A stretch of DNA of 64,000 bases. Source: Candidatus Cloacimonadota bacterium (GTDB taxonomy: Bacteria; Cloacimonadota; Cloacimonadia; Cloacimonadales; JAJBBL01). The stretch is from the NCBI GenBank assembly GCA_019429305.1, contig JAHYIR010000009.1, positions 1,837 through 65,836 on the forward strand, in the 5' to 3' direction. Positions 48,419 to 57,795 of this stretch are shown piece by piece. The translations under genes were made by a program, and so were the position numbers. Under the pieces are notes generated by a model, which worked only from the letters and a program-made list of their open reading frames with translations, searched no databases and had not been told where the DNA came from. The number at the start of each line of letters is the position of its first letter. Positions within the stretch are counted from its first letter, which is position 1.

Positions 48419-50062
48419 ATGAAAGCCAAAGGACTAATCACTTTCCTCTTTCTCTTCTACTTCACTATCGCTCTCTTTGGACAGATCATTAATAACGAGT
48501 TGTTACTGATAGAAGAGTCTGGTTTAGTAATGACTACTCAACAGATCGAGCCATTGTCCTTCTATGACAATAGATCTTCTGTGACCCGCTATCAAGAGGT
48601 ATCATTGCCAATAGAGTTAACAACACCCTCCGAAATCGTTGTCGGGGACAGATTAGTGCTTAATCTATTTAATGAAATCAATTATCCTGCAGTTATTGAT
48701 CATCTTGAACTCAACAGGTTAGGAACTTTTACGGTCAGAGCAAGGATCGAAGACTGCCAGATGGGTTATATCATTATATCTACTACAGAAGATAGAAGTT
48801 TAGCCATTATTTACATACCGGAAAGAAATGAATACTTCACGATCATTAGTGATCCCGTAACTCTTTCTCATTATCTGCTGGAGATCAATTTAGCAGAAGC
48901 AGATGAATTGGTTACGGCACCACCTGTTACCCCTCCACCTTTACAAGAGAGCAGCAGACATGAACAGGAACGGATCAGGAGATCTTTAGAAGAGGTTATT
49001 CTGACCGATCCGGCAACGATAGATGTAATGGTTGTTTATACACCAGCTGCTGCCAATTGGGCTAACACAAGCGGTGGAGGGATATATAATGTTATAAACG
49101 GCGCCATGCAAAACGGACAGATATCTTTAGATAATAGTAATACACTTATGAGTGTTGATCTTGTCTATGCAGCCGAGGTGGATTATCAAGAATCAGGATC
49201 CGCTTCAATTGACTTAATACGTTTAGCAGCATCGCCAGATTTTAACCCTTGGGGTGATTATGTGAATGGTTATTATATCCCCGGATATCTCGATGAAGTA
49301 CATATCTGGCGAGATATCTATGGGGCTGATTTAGTTGCTTTGTTCGCTTTAGTAGATGATGTAGGTGGTGTCGGTTTCCTTTTACAAGATAGATGGGGTT
49401 ATCCCGAGATAGGTTTCTCTTTGACTCGCGTGCAACAAGCATCGTGGACATATACCCATGTCCATGAAATGGGTCATAACATGGGTTTACATCATCATGC
49501 AGAGCAGAATTTTCAACCGGGTCCAACTGAATGGTTTAATTGGTCTGAAAACACTTGGTCTGCCGGCTGGAGGTGGACAGGTAATAACAACCAAAGATAT
49601 TGTTCTGTAATGACCTATACCAGCGGTTCCTATTTCCCCGATGGTTTAGATCATGCCAGAGTAGCTCATTTCTCTAATCCTTTGATCAATTATGAAGGAG
49701 TTCCTACTGGACATGCTACACTGGGCGATAATGCCCGCACTTTAAGAGAACTCAGGCATATAATCGCTGCCTATCGACCTTCAATGATGATAGAGATAGA
49801 TACACCAATAGTTTCCGTAGAGATTATTGATGGCTATATTCATCTAAATTGGGAAGCTGTTTCAGGGAGTAATTCCTATAAAATATATGCAACTGATAAT
49901 CCTTATCAGGAAGATTGGGGGAATGAGATAGCTATTGTCGGATCACCAGGTTATGTTGAAATAATATCTGAAGAGAGAAAATTCTACCGGGTGATCGCAT
50001 CTACTGAAGAAGCCCCTGTATTTGATCTTATTCCAGATAATACTCTATCAGGAGATAGATGA
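48419..50062 (+). CDS. Secreted metzincin zinc metalloprotease (reprolysin/M12B-like) with a C-terminal Fn3-like module
   Basis: AAGGAG RBS, signal peptide MKAKGLITFLFLFYFTIALFG, and an N-terminal pro-region. The zinc site is HEMGHNMGLHH (HExxHxxGxxH) with a downstream Met-turn candidate CSVMTY. The C-terminal module is 49799-50008, ending in KFYRVIASTE. Confidence 0.8.
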   Translation: MKAKGLITFLFLFYFTIALFGQIINNELLLIEESGLVMTTQQIEPLSFYDNRSSVTRYQEVSLPIELTTPSEIVVGDRLVLNLFNEINYPAVIDHLELNRLGTFTVRARIEDCQMGYIIISTTEDRSLAIIYIPERNEYFTIISDPVTLSHYLLEINLAEADELVTAPPVTPPPLQESSRHEQERIRRSLEEVILTDPATIDVMVVYTPAAANWANTSGGGIYNVINGAMQNGQISLDNSNTLMSVDLVYAAEVDYQESGSASIDLIRLAASPDFNPWGDYVNGYYIPGYLDEVHIWRDIYGADLVALFALVDDVGGVGFLLQDRWGYPEIGFSLTRVQQASWTYTHVHEMGHNMGLHHHAEQNFQPGPTEWFNWSENTWSAGWRWTGNNNQRYCSVMTYTSGSYFPDGLDHARVAHFSNPLINYEGVPTGHATLGDNARTLRELRHIIAAYRPSMMIEIDTPIVSVEIIDGYIHLNWEAVSGSNSYKIYATDNPYQEDWGNEIAIVGSPGYVEIISEERKFYRVIASTEEAPVFDLIPDNTLSGDR

Positions 50063-50115
50063 TAAAAAGAAAGAGATAGTTATAAAAAAAGCTTTGATAT
50101 ATTTTGGAGGTTAAA

Positions 50116-51474
50116 ATGAAATATTTAAAAATTATTGTTTTCTTGGTTTTTTTATTTTTCTGTTCCGGTCTCTTTGCTGTCTGGTCAAATATCAGGAATA
50201 GTTCATACACCTCTGATGGTGAGATTTTTTTTCAGTATGAGAGTACTCTTGATATTAGCTACGAACATCGGATATACTATTATCAGAATGATGAATGGTC
50301 TTATAACCTATTTGAGAATATTTTTGACACATCATTTCAAAGCTCAATCCCCTTTTCTAACGTTGAATCAGTACCTTTAAGTTTCCGGATAGAGAATGAC
50401 AGTGATATCTATATTATTCCCGGTTTTACTGCTCAGCAGCCAACATCCCTTACGCAAATGACCTCTTTGTCGGAATACGTTAGAGATACTGCTATTCCTG
50501 ATCATCTCAACATTGCCGGAGAAAAGATGCTTTTTTCCGATGATAGACTCTATTTTGCCCTAAACAATTTCGGTGGTGGTTTTCCGGTTAGTGGCGGTCT
50601 CTTTGGACCTTTTTACTCCTATACTATTAACCTTTGGCCTGCAGTAACAGGAACTCCCCCTTATGTATATACCTTGCTCCAAACTGTAAGTTTAGCACCA
50701 TATGTCAATCCCGGGCTGTTTAAAATTAATTCAGCAACAGAAGAAATGACTCAAATTGGTTCTATCACTACACAGGTGGATCAGAATACCAACACTCTTT
50801 ATCTCTCGTGCCTGATAAGCGACTTAATGAATGATCCTGACTTTGCTGCTGCTTACTCTCTCGATAATGGACTGATCATAACTGCTCTGACCCAGAAGAT
50901 CGAGGATTTTGGTGCTACTATTACTATCATGGATGAAGGTTATTACCACAATGTTTACCTGCAGGAGTTTATCCTCGATCCTTTTATCAATAATATTCCT
51001 CAAATAGACAATATCCAATATATACAAGATGGTGACACTTATCTATTCAGTCTAGATTACTCTGATGTTGATGGACATTTCCCAATTATCAGGGAGATAG
51101 AACTCGACACAGGAAATACCTACAATTTCTATCCCGCTTCTTTTGACTTTTCCCAAACGGTTTCCTTCACCAGTCAGTTCATAGATAACTGGAGTAGTGG
51201 AATTATCAGATTCAGTGATAACGGGACAGACATAATAGAATACACAATATCTCAAACTGTTCTGGCAGCACCTGTCGTTTCTGTTGAGATAGTTGGAAAT
51301 AATGTTATTTTGAGTTGGCTTCCGGTAGAGAATGCCAATAGCTATAAGGTCTATGCCACTATTGATATTAGTTTGGATGATTGGGGTGAACCGATAGCAA
51401 CAACAAATGAACTCCTGTTTTCAGAATCATTATCTGATATGAGATTCTACAGAGTTATTGCCACAACAGAATAG
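50116..51474 (+). CDS. Secreted protein of unknown function carrying the same C-terminal Fn3-like module
   Basis: ORF is 50104..51474. The ATG at 50116 follows GGAGG at 50106-50110 and gives MKYLKIIVFLVFLFFCSGLFA. No recognisable catalytic motif. The C-terminal module is 51265-51471, ending in RFYRVIATTE-stop. Confidence 0.7.
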   Translation: MKYLKIIVFLVFLFFCSGLFAVWSNIRNSSYTSDGEIFFQYESTLDISYEHRIYYYQNDEWSYNLFENIFDTSFQSSIPFSNVESVPLSFRIENDSDIYIIPGFTAQQPTSLTQMTSLSEYVRDTAIPDHLNIAGEKMLFSDDRLYFALNNFGGGFPVSGGLFGPFYSYTINLWPAVTGTPPYVYTLLQTVSLAPYVNPGLFKINSATEEMTQIGSITTQVDQNTNTLYLSCLISDLMNDPDFAAAYSLDNGLIITALTQKIEDFGATITIMDEGYYHNVYLQEFILDPFINNIPQIDNIQYIQDGDTYLFSLDYSDVDGHFPIIREIELDTGNTYNFYPASFDFSQTVSFTSQFIDNWSSGIIRFSDNGTDIIEYTISQTVLAAPVVSVEIVGNNVILSWLPVENANSYKVYATIDISLDDWGEPIATTNELLFSESLSDMRFYRVIATTE

Positions 51475-51566
51475 TACATTATTGATCTTTTTTTATAACT
51501 TGAACTCGTTGTTTACTCTAAGTAGTTTTAGTGCCGATAGTTAGTAAAAATAACCAAATTTATTGC

Positions 51567-51594
51567 TTGACTAAAAATAACACTCATATATAAG
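51567..51594 (+). promoter_or_regulatory. Sigma70-like promoter candidate (TTGACT, 16 nt spacer, TATAAG) for the S8 protease gene
   Basis: TTGACT at 51567-51572 and TATAAG at 51589-51594, about 40 nt upstream of the ATG at 51636. Pattern match only. Confidence 0.35.
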
Positions 51595-51635
51595 AATACA
51601 TGTAGAAATTTATTAAAATTTTAAGGAGTATAGAA

Positions 51636-54600
51636 ATGAGTTTTAAAGGAGATCTTATGAAAACCGTACTGTTAGTTTTTTTCTTAACCCTATTTTCGCT
51701 GACAATAAGCTGGGCTTATGAAGTTCAGTTTGGCGAGAGACCGGAAATAGATTTAACAAGAGTTTCCGATGATGCATTTCATCAAACCCATATCCTTATC
51801 CAATTCAGTTCGGATCTGACGGGTCATCTTGATAATAATCCGGTTAGATATGACAGGGATGGGTATGCCATATTTGACTTACCAGAAATTGACGAACTAA
51901 ATCGTTATTTCAGTGTTAAAGAGGTAAAACCTCTTTTTGACAGCCCTGCCTTAGATAATGAATACAAAGACCGTCACCGTGCCTGGGGCTTTCATCTCTG
52001 GTATGAGCTTTATTTTTCGGAGAAGCAGGACATAAGGGAAGCTGTTGCTGCCTATAAAGAATTGGAATTTATTGAAGTAGCTGAACCTGAATATAAGAAA
52101 GTAAGATATTTCGCTGAGGACAGAGATGATCCGACTTACCGTTGGACTCCCAATGACCCATATTTCTCTACCCAGTGGCATTACCATAATACAGGGCAGC
52201 AGAGTGGCACTCCCGGAGCCGATATCAAACTCGTGACAGCTTGGGATATTGAAAAGGGACATACTGCTGTTATTGTTGCCATCATTGACGGTGGTATTCA
52301 AACTAATCATCCCGATATTGCAGCTAATATGTGGAGTGGCATCGGATATAATTTTGTCGATAATAATACAACCATCACAGCTGATGATCATGGAACTCAC
52401 GTAGCAGGAACTGTATCTGCAGTTAATAATAATGGCGTAGGAGTAGCCGGAGTAGCTGGTGGTTCAGGTTCTGGAAATGGGGTGCGTTTGATGACCTGTC
52501 AGGTTTTCAGGGGTATATCCCAGGGTGGTTTCAGTACAGCTCCTGTATGGGCAGCTGATAATGGTGCTGCCATTTCCCAGAACAGTTGGGGATATCAAAA
52601 TTCAGGAGTTTATAATACACCTGATCTGAATGCTATTGATTATTTCAATGCTAATGGTGGTGGAACTGTTTTAAACGGCGGAATTACTATCTTTGCAGCC
52701 GGTAATGATGATGACAACGGTGCTTGGTATCCCGGTTACTATAGCGGAGCATTTTCCGTTGCTGCTACGACCAATACAGATACAAAAGCATATTATTCCA
52801 ACTATGGAACCTGGATAGATGTGTCAGCACCCGGTGGTGAAGTAATCAGTGTTGCAGCCCGAGGTGTAAGAAGCACAATAGCAGGGAGCAGTTATGCTTA
52901 TTATCAGGGAACATCGATGGCTTGTCCGCATGTATCAGGAGTTGCAGCACTCGTGGTTTCCTATGCTCATCGGAACGGATTTACTCTCAATAATTCTAAT
53001 ATCAAAAATATTTTACGTGATTCTACCGATAATCATTATGGGGTCAATCCCGGATATACTGGTCAGTTAGGAACCGGACGGCTCAATGCTCATGCTGCTT
53101 TAGTCGAAACAATGACTTATATTGGTTTAGGAGTTCCTAATCCCCAGAGTTTTACAGCTACATCAGCCGGTTTACATCAAATAAACCTTAACTGGGTCAA
53201 GAACACTGATAACAATAATGTTATGGTTGCTTGGTCTGCAACAGGAACTTTTGGTACTCCTGTTGATGGAACTGTATATTCTGCAGGAACAAATATTCCC
53301 GGTGGCGGAACGGTTTTATACAGAGGCAGTGCTACCTCCTACAATCATACTGGACTGAATTCGTGGACTACATATTACTACAGGGCTTTTTCTTATAATT
53401 CTTCTAATGAGTACTCTTCCGGACTGAATGCCCAGGCAACAACTCTTTATGAACCATTCACGCTACCCTTTTCCGAGAATTTTAATGCCTCAACTACACT
53501 ACCCGATTTTTGGCAGATCATAGATCATCAGGGTAACGGTCAGGTCTGGCAATTTGGTACAACTTCCGGTGGTTTGAGCGGTACTACAGGGAACTATGCT
53601 TATCTGAACAGTGATGCTTATGGCTCAGGCAATACCCAGAATGCCGACTTGGTTACTCCAACACTAGATTTGAGTAACAATTATAATGTTAATCTTTCCT
53701 TTACCCATTATTTCAGGCAGTATCAAAATGTTTCTACAGCAACTTTATCTTATAGTATCAATAATGGAACAACTTGGACAACTATTCAATCCTGGACATC
53801 AACTACAGGCAATCCAGTATATTTTAGCCAAACCATTCCTGCCTTGGAGGGACAATCACAGGTTAAATTCAAATGGAATTACACAGGTACTTGGGGTTAT
53901 TATTGGTGTGTAGATGATATCCTTATCACCGGTGATGAATATGTTTTATTACCAACTATAGATGTTACTCCGGTAAGTTTTTTCGAAGAATTGAATACCG
54001 GCGAATTCACTACAGAGCAAATGACGATCAGTAATGATGGAGAAGCTGATCTTGAATATAGTATCAGTGTTGTGGAAACACGAAGAGCTAATACTGATGA
54101 CAGCTTTATGCATATCGATGGTGCTGCTGATCAAACAACACGAGGAATTACAGAGATCCATTATGATAACGGTTATTCAGGTAACGGAGTCGGTGCCGGA
54201 GGAGCAGCTTATTGGATCTCAGCTGTCCGTTTTACTGCTGATGAATTAGCTGCCTATTATGGAGACTATCAAATTTTGGGCATTAAGTATCATATCCGAA
54301 CTTCTCAATTCACTAATGTGACAGTTAAGGTTTGGGAAGGTGGCAGTTCCGGTAATTCCGGAACTGAGATATATTCACAAGACGTAACATCGTCTGTAGT
54401 AATAAACGACTGGTCAACTCATATCCTGACAACACCGGTCTCATTGATTACCGGTAACGAATATTGGATAGGATATTCCATAAATGCAACAGGAGGCAGC
54501 CCGGCTAGTATTGACAGTGGTCCTTTAGTAGCAAACAAAGGGGGGTGGATCTATTGGAGTAATTCATGGACGCAGATCACTGCCTTTGGTTTCAATACAA

Positions 54601-57600
54601 ATTGGTGTATTCGCGGCTTGCTTTATGACTCTTCAGGTTCTTGGCTGTCGGTATCTCCGATAAGTGGAATAGTACAACCGGGTCAGAGTGAGATAGTTGA
54701 TGTCTCTTTTGTTTCTATAGGACTACCAGCCGGATCAGTGCACACAGCAGATATTGTCATTGCTAACAATGCCGGTGCTGATGTTGTTGTTCCAGCCACT
54801 CTTAGTATTTTTGGTATGGTACTGAACCCACCATCAAATCTGTCAGCAGTAGCCGGAGATGGTGTTGTGAATTTAAGCTGGGATGCACCGTTAGTAAGAT
54901 CATTACTTGGATATAATGTCTATCGCAATGGTGTGCAAATAAATCCTGAAATAGTCATCGGCACTGAGTATCCTGATAATACAGTTGTGAATGGAACGAC
55001 CTATTCGTATTATGTGACGGCAGTTTATACAGAAGGCGAGTCTGAAGCATCAAACATAGTACAGGCAACTCCTCTGGCAGCACCGATAAATCTATCTGCA
55101 GTACCGGGAGCTGGATCTGTCTTCCTGGATTGGGATGCACCTCCAATAAGAACATTGTTATCATACAATATTTATCGCAACGGATCATATATAAATAATG
55201 TCACAACTCCAGAGACGGAGTACACTGATAGCGGATTAGGGAATGGTGTCACTTACAGTTATTATGTAACCGCTGTTTATCAAACTCATGGCGAATCAGT
55301 TCCGTCCAATACTGTAGAAGTTACTACACTCCAAGGAACAGTAGCAGCACCGACATTTAATCCACCTCAACAAGCTGAACCGTTCTATCAGGAGTTTACC
55401 GTAACTATTTCATCAGCAACTCCGGCAGCTACTATCTGGTATAAAACGGCAGAGGGTAATGACTGGACTGCTGGGAACTCTGTTAATATAACTCAAAACA
55501 CTGAGATCTGGGCAATGGCAACGAGAAATAACTGGGCAGATTCAGAAATAAGTTATGCCAGTTATGAGCTGAAAGTAGTTACTCCGACCTTTGATCCGGT
55601 AGAACAAGGTACACCATTTGATGAGCCGATCGATCTGGAACTGATAACTACTACTTCAGGAGCAACAATACTTTATAGAATTATTAGTTCTGATGGGGTC
55701 AGAAGAGAAGAATGGCAGGAATATATCGATCCGATCTACCTGTTCTATAATTCATATATTGAATTGGAGACCAAAGCTATAAAAGCTGGTTGGTTAGAGA
55801 GTGATATAGCTTATGGTTACTTTGCAGTCAATCCGGGTCAGGCAGGTATTATGATCAGTAATCTGGAGCAAATATACTCAAGTGAACCTTTAATTGTCTC
55901 AGTAACTACAAATCCAACGGGACTTGATTATATTGTGACATATAATGGTTCACCTGAACTACCTGTTAATGTCGGAAACTATTTAGTAGAGGTTACAATT
56001 GACGATCCATATTATGAAGGAACCGAACAAGCACTACTCCAGATCTTCCCGTTCGATATTACTGTCACAGCCAATCCGCAAAGTAAAACTTATGGAGAAG
56101 CGGATCCCCTCTTCACCTATAGTGTTGATCCGGTACTCTTTGCCGGAGATGGATTTACCGGCACTCTGACCAGACAGCTTGGAGAAAATGTAGGTCAGTA
56201 TGAGATATTGCAGGGCACTCTCACTGCCGGGGATAATTATAGAATAACTTACAACTCAGATTATCTGACTATATCACCGGCTACCGCTGCTATCGAGATC
56301 TATGATCTCAGTCAGGTCTATGGTTCTGTAGATGATGTGACAGTAGTCACAACACCATTGGGACTAAATTATACTGTCACTTATGACGGCTCTCCTACCC
56401 TTCCTGTTAATGTTGGAACTTATGAGGTCGAGGTGGTCATCAATGAATTGAACTATGTAGGATCAGAAACAGCTTGGTTAGTTATAGATCCTTTAGCAAT
56501 AACCGTAACAGCCGACCCTCAAACCAAGATATATGGAGAAGCTGATCCGGTATTAACCTATGGAGTTAATCCGGCACTAATTGTTGGTGATAGCTTTACC
56601 GGTTCTTTAACCCGACAATTAGGTGAAGATGTTGGTCAATATGAGATTCTGTTGGGTACTCTGACTGCCGGAGATAATTACACTATATCTTATGTCTCCG
56701 ATTATCTGACCATATCACCGGCAACTGCCACAATCGAGATCTATGATCTCAGTCAGATCTATGGTTCGGTAGGAGATGTAACAGTTGTTACAACACCATT
56801 GGGACTAAATTATACTGTCACTTATGATGGATCACCTACCCTTCCTGTTAATGTTGGAACTTATGAGGTCGAGGTGGTCATTAATGAATTGAACTATGTA
56901 GGATCAGAAACAGCTTGGTTAGTTATAGATCCTTTAGCAATAACCGTAACAGCCGATCCTCAAACCAAAATATATGGAGAAGCTGATCCGGAGTTTACTT
57001 ATCAATATAGTCCATTATTAGTTGAAGGAGATACCATTGTTGGTGAATTATCGAGAGCGATCGGTGAAGATGTCGGTCAGTATGAGATCCTGCAAGGAAC
57101 TCTGACGGCAGGAGCAAACTATACAATTATCTATCAATCAGACTATCTGACAATTTCACCAATGGCAATAACGGTAACAGCCGATCCTCAGAGCAAGGTT
57201 TATGGCGAAGAAGATCCTCCACTTACTTATACTGTAGAACCTGAATTAATTGCTGGAGATCAGTTCAGTGGTAGTCTTGTAAGAGAAGTCGGCGAAGAGG
57301 TCGGTGAATATCAAATTCTCCAGGGAACTTTATCAGCCGGAGATAATTACTCGATAAACTATATACCAAATGTATTCGAAATTTTATCTATGGTCGATCT
57401 GTCAGCTCCCGTAGTAACTATCTCAATAGAAAGCAATACAGTGATTCTGAGTTGGGAACATATTACCGGAGCGAATTCTTACAAGATATATTCAACAGGA
57501 GATCCCTATGTTCCAGAGGAAGAATGGGATTTAGCAGGTACTACTGCCAATAATGAGTTTACAGAACCCCTCACTACAAGGAAATTCTATCGAGTTATAG

Positions 57601-57623
57601 CATCGACAGAGATGCCGGAATAG
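51636..57623 (+). CDS. Giant secreted S8 subtilisin-like serine protease with Fn3, MAM-like, chitobiase-C-like and MBG repeat domains and the C-terminal Fn3-like module
   Basis: The start is the ATG at 51636 or the ATG at 51657 (MKTVLLVFF...); both have AGGAG-like RBSs. The catalytic triad contexts are VAIIDGG (Asp), DDHGTHVAGT (His) and GTSMACPHVSG (Ser). Downstream come Fn3 units (LSWDAP...YNVYRNG...YSYYVTAVY), about 7 MBG-like units (ITVTADPQTKIYGEADP..TY...G.L.R..GE.VG.Y.I..GTL.AG.NY.I.Y....L.I.P) and a terminal module at 57399-57611 (KFYRVIASTE). Confidence 0.9.
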   Translation: MSFKGDLMKTVLLVFFLTLFSLTISWAYEVQFGERPEIDLTRVSDDAFHQTHILIQFSSDLTGHLDNNPVRYDRDGYAIFDLPEIDELNRYFSVKEVKPLFDSPALDNEYKDRHRAWGFHLWYELYFSEKQDIREAVAAYKELEFIEVAEPEYKKVRYFAEDRDDPTYRWTPNDPYFSTQWHYHNTGQQSGTPGADIKLVTAWDIEKGHTAVIVAIIDGGIQTNHPDIAANMWSGIGYNFVDNNTTITADDHGTHVAGTVSAVNNNGVGVAGVAGGSGSGNGVRLMTCQVFRGISQGGFSTAPVWAADNGAAISQNSWGYQNSGVYNTPDLNAIDYFNANGGGTVLNGGITIFAAGNDDDNGAWYPGYYSGAFSVAATTNTDTKAYYSNYGTWIDVSAPGGEVISVAARGVRSTIAGSSYAYYQGTSMACPHVSGVAALVVSYAHRNGFTLNNSNIKNILRDSTDNHYGVNPGYTGQLGTGRLNAHAALVETMTYIGLGVPNPQSFTATSAGLHQINLNWVKNTDNNNVMVAWSATGTFGTPVDGTVYSAGTNIPGGGTVLYRGSATSYNHTGLNSWTTYYYRAFSYNSSNEYSSGLNAQATTLYEPFTLPFSENFNASTTLPDFWQIIDHQGNGQVWQFGTTSGGLSGTTGNYAYLNSDAYGSGNTQNADLVTPTLDLSNNYNVNLSFTHYFRQYQNVSTATLSYSINNGTTWTTIQSWTSTTGNPVYFSQTIPALEGQSQVKFKWNYTGTWGYYWCVDDILITGDEYVLLPTIDVTPVSFFEELNTGEFTTEQMTISNDGEADLEYSISVVETRRANTDDSFMHIDGAADQTTRGITEIHYDNGYSGNGVGAGGAAYWISAVRFTADELAAYYGDYQILGIKYHIRTSQFTNVTVKVWEGGSSGNSGTEIYSQDVTSSVVINDWSTHILTTPVSLITGNEYWIGYSINATGGSPASIDSGPLVANKGGWIYWSNSWTQITAFGFNTNWCIRGLLYDSSGSWLSVSPISGIVQPGQSEIVDVSFVSIGLPAGSVHTADIVIANNAGADVVVPATLSIFGMVLNPPSNLSAVAGDGVVNLSWDAPLVRSLLGYNVYRNGVQINPEIVIGTEYPDNTVVNGTTYSYYVTAVYTEGESEASNIVQATPLAAPINLSAVPGAGSVFLDWDAPPIRTLLSYNIYRNGSYINNVTTPETEYTDSGLGNGVTYSYYVTAVYQTHGESVPSNTVEVTTLQGTVAAPTFNPPQQAEPFYQEFTVTISSATPAATIWYKTAEGNDWTAGNSVNITQNTEIWAMATRNNWADSEISYASYELKVVTPTFDPVEQGTPFDEPIDLELITTTSGATILYRIISSDGVRREEWQEYIDPIYLFYNSYIELETKAIKAGWLESDIAYGYFAVNPGQAGIMISNLEQIYSSEPLIVSVTTNPTGLDYIVTYNGSPELPVNVGNYLVEVTIDDPYYEGTEQALLQIFPFDITVTANPQSKTYGEADPLFTYSVDPVLFAGDGFTGTLTRQLGENVGQYEILQGTLTAGDNYRITYNSDYLTISPATAAIEIYDLSQVYGSVDDVTVVTTPLGLNYTVTYDGSPTLPVNVGTYEVEVVINELNYVGSETAWLVIDPLAITVTADPQTKIYGEADPVLTYGVNPALIVGDSFTGSLTRQLGEDVGQYEILLGTLTAGDNYTISYVSDYLTISPATATIEIYDLSQIYGSVGDVTVVTTPLGLNYTVTYDGSPTLPVNVGTYEVEVVINELNYVGSETAWLVIDPLAITVTADPQTKIYGEADPEFTYQYSPLLVEGDTIVGELSRAIGEDVGQYEILQGTLTAGANYTIIYQSDYLTISPMAITVTADPQSKVYGEEDPPLTYTVEPELIAGDQFSGSLVREVGEEVGEYQILQGTLSAGDNYSINYIPNVFEILSMVDLSAPVVTISIESNTVILSWEHITGANSYKIYSTGDPYVPEEEWDLAGTTANNEFTEPLTTRKFYRVIASTEMPE
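55836..57390 (+). repeat. Coding tandem array of paired MBG-like modules (441-nt period)
   Basis: Three (A+B) units plus one extra B unit. The units starting at 56259 and 56700 are near-identical at the DNA level for about 290 nt. The outer units are more diverged (about 75% by eye). Confidence 0.8.
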
Positions 57624-57661
57624 GGCTCTTAGCTTATCTAATAAGAAAATGATATTTCTTT

Positions 57662-57690
57662 AAAGGGCGATGTATTATCGCCCTTTATTT
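57662..57690 (+). terminator. Rho-independent terminator after the S8 protease gene
   Basis: AAAGGGCGAT-gtatt-ATCGCCCTTT (core stem 57665-57671 / 57677-57683) is followed by a T-rich run and lies 39 nt after the stop. Confidence 0.75.
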
Positions 57691-57795
57691 CTATATTTAT
57701 CAATCATGCTTTGTATTGACAATTATGAAGTGGTTTAATTATTTGAAATGTTATGAAATATTTAGCATATCATGATCTGGTAAGGGATTTTTAAA

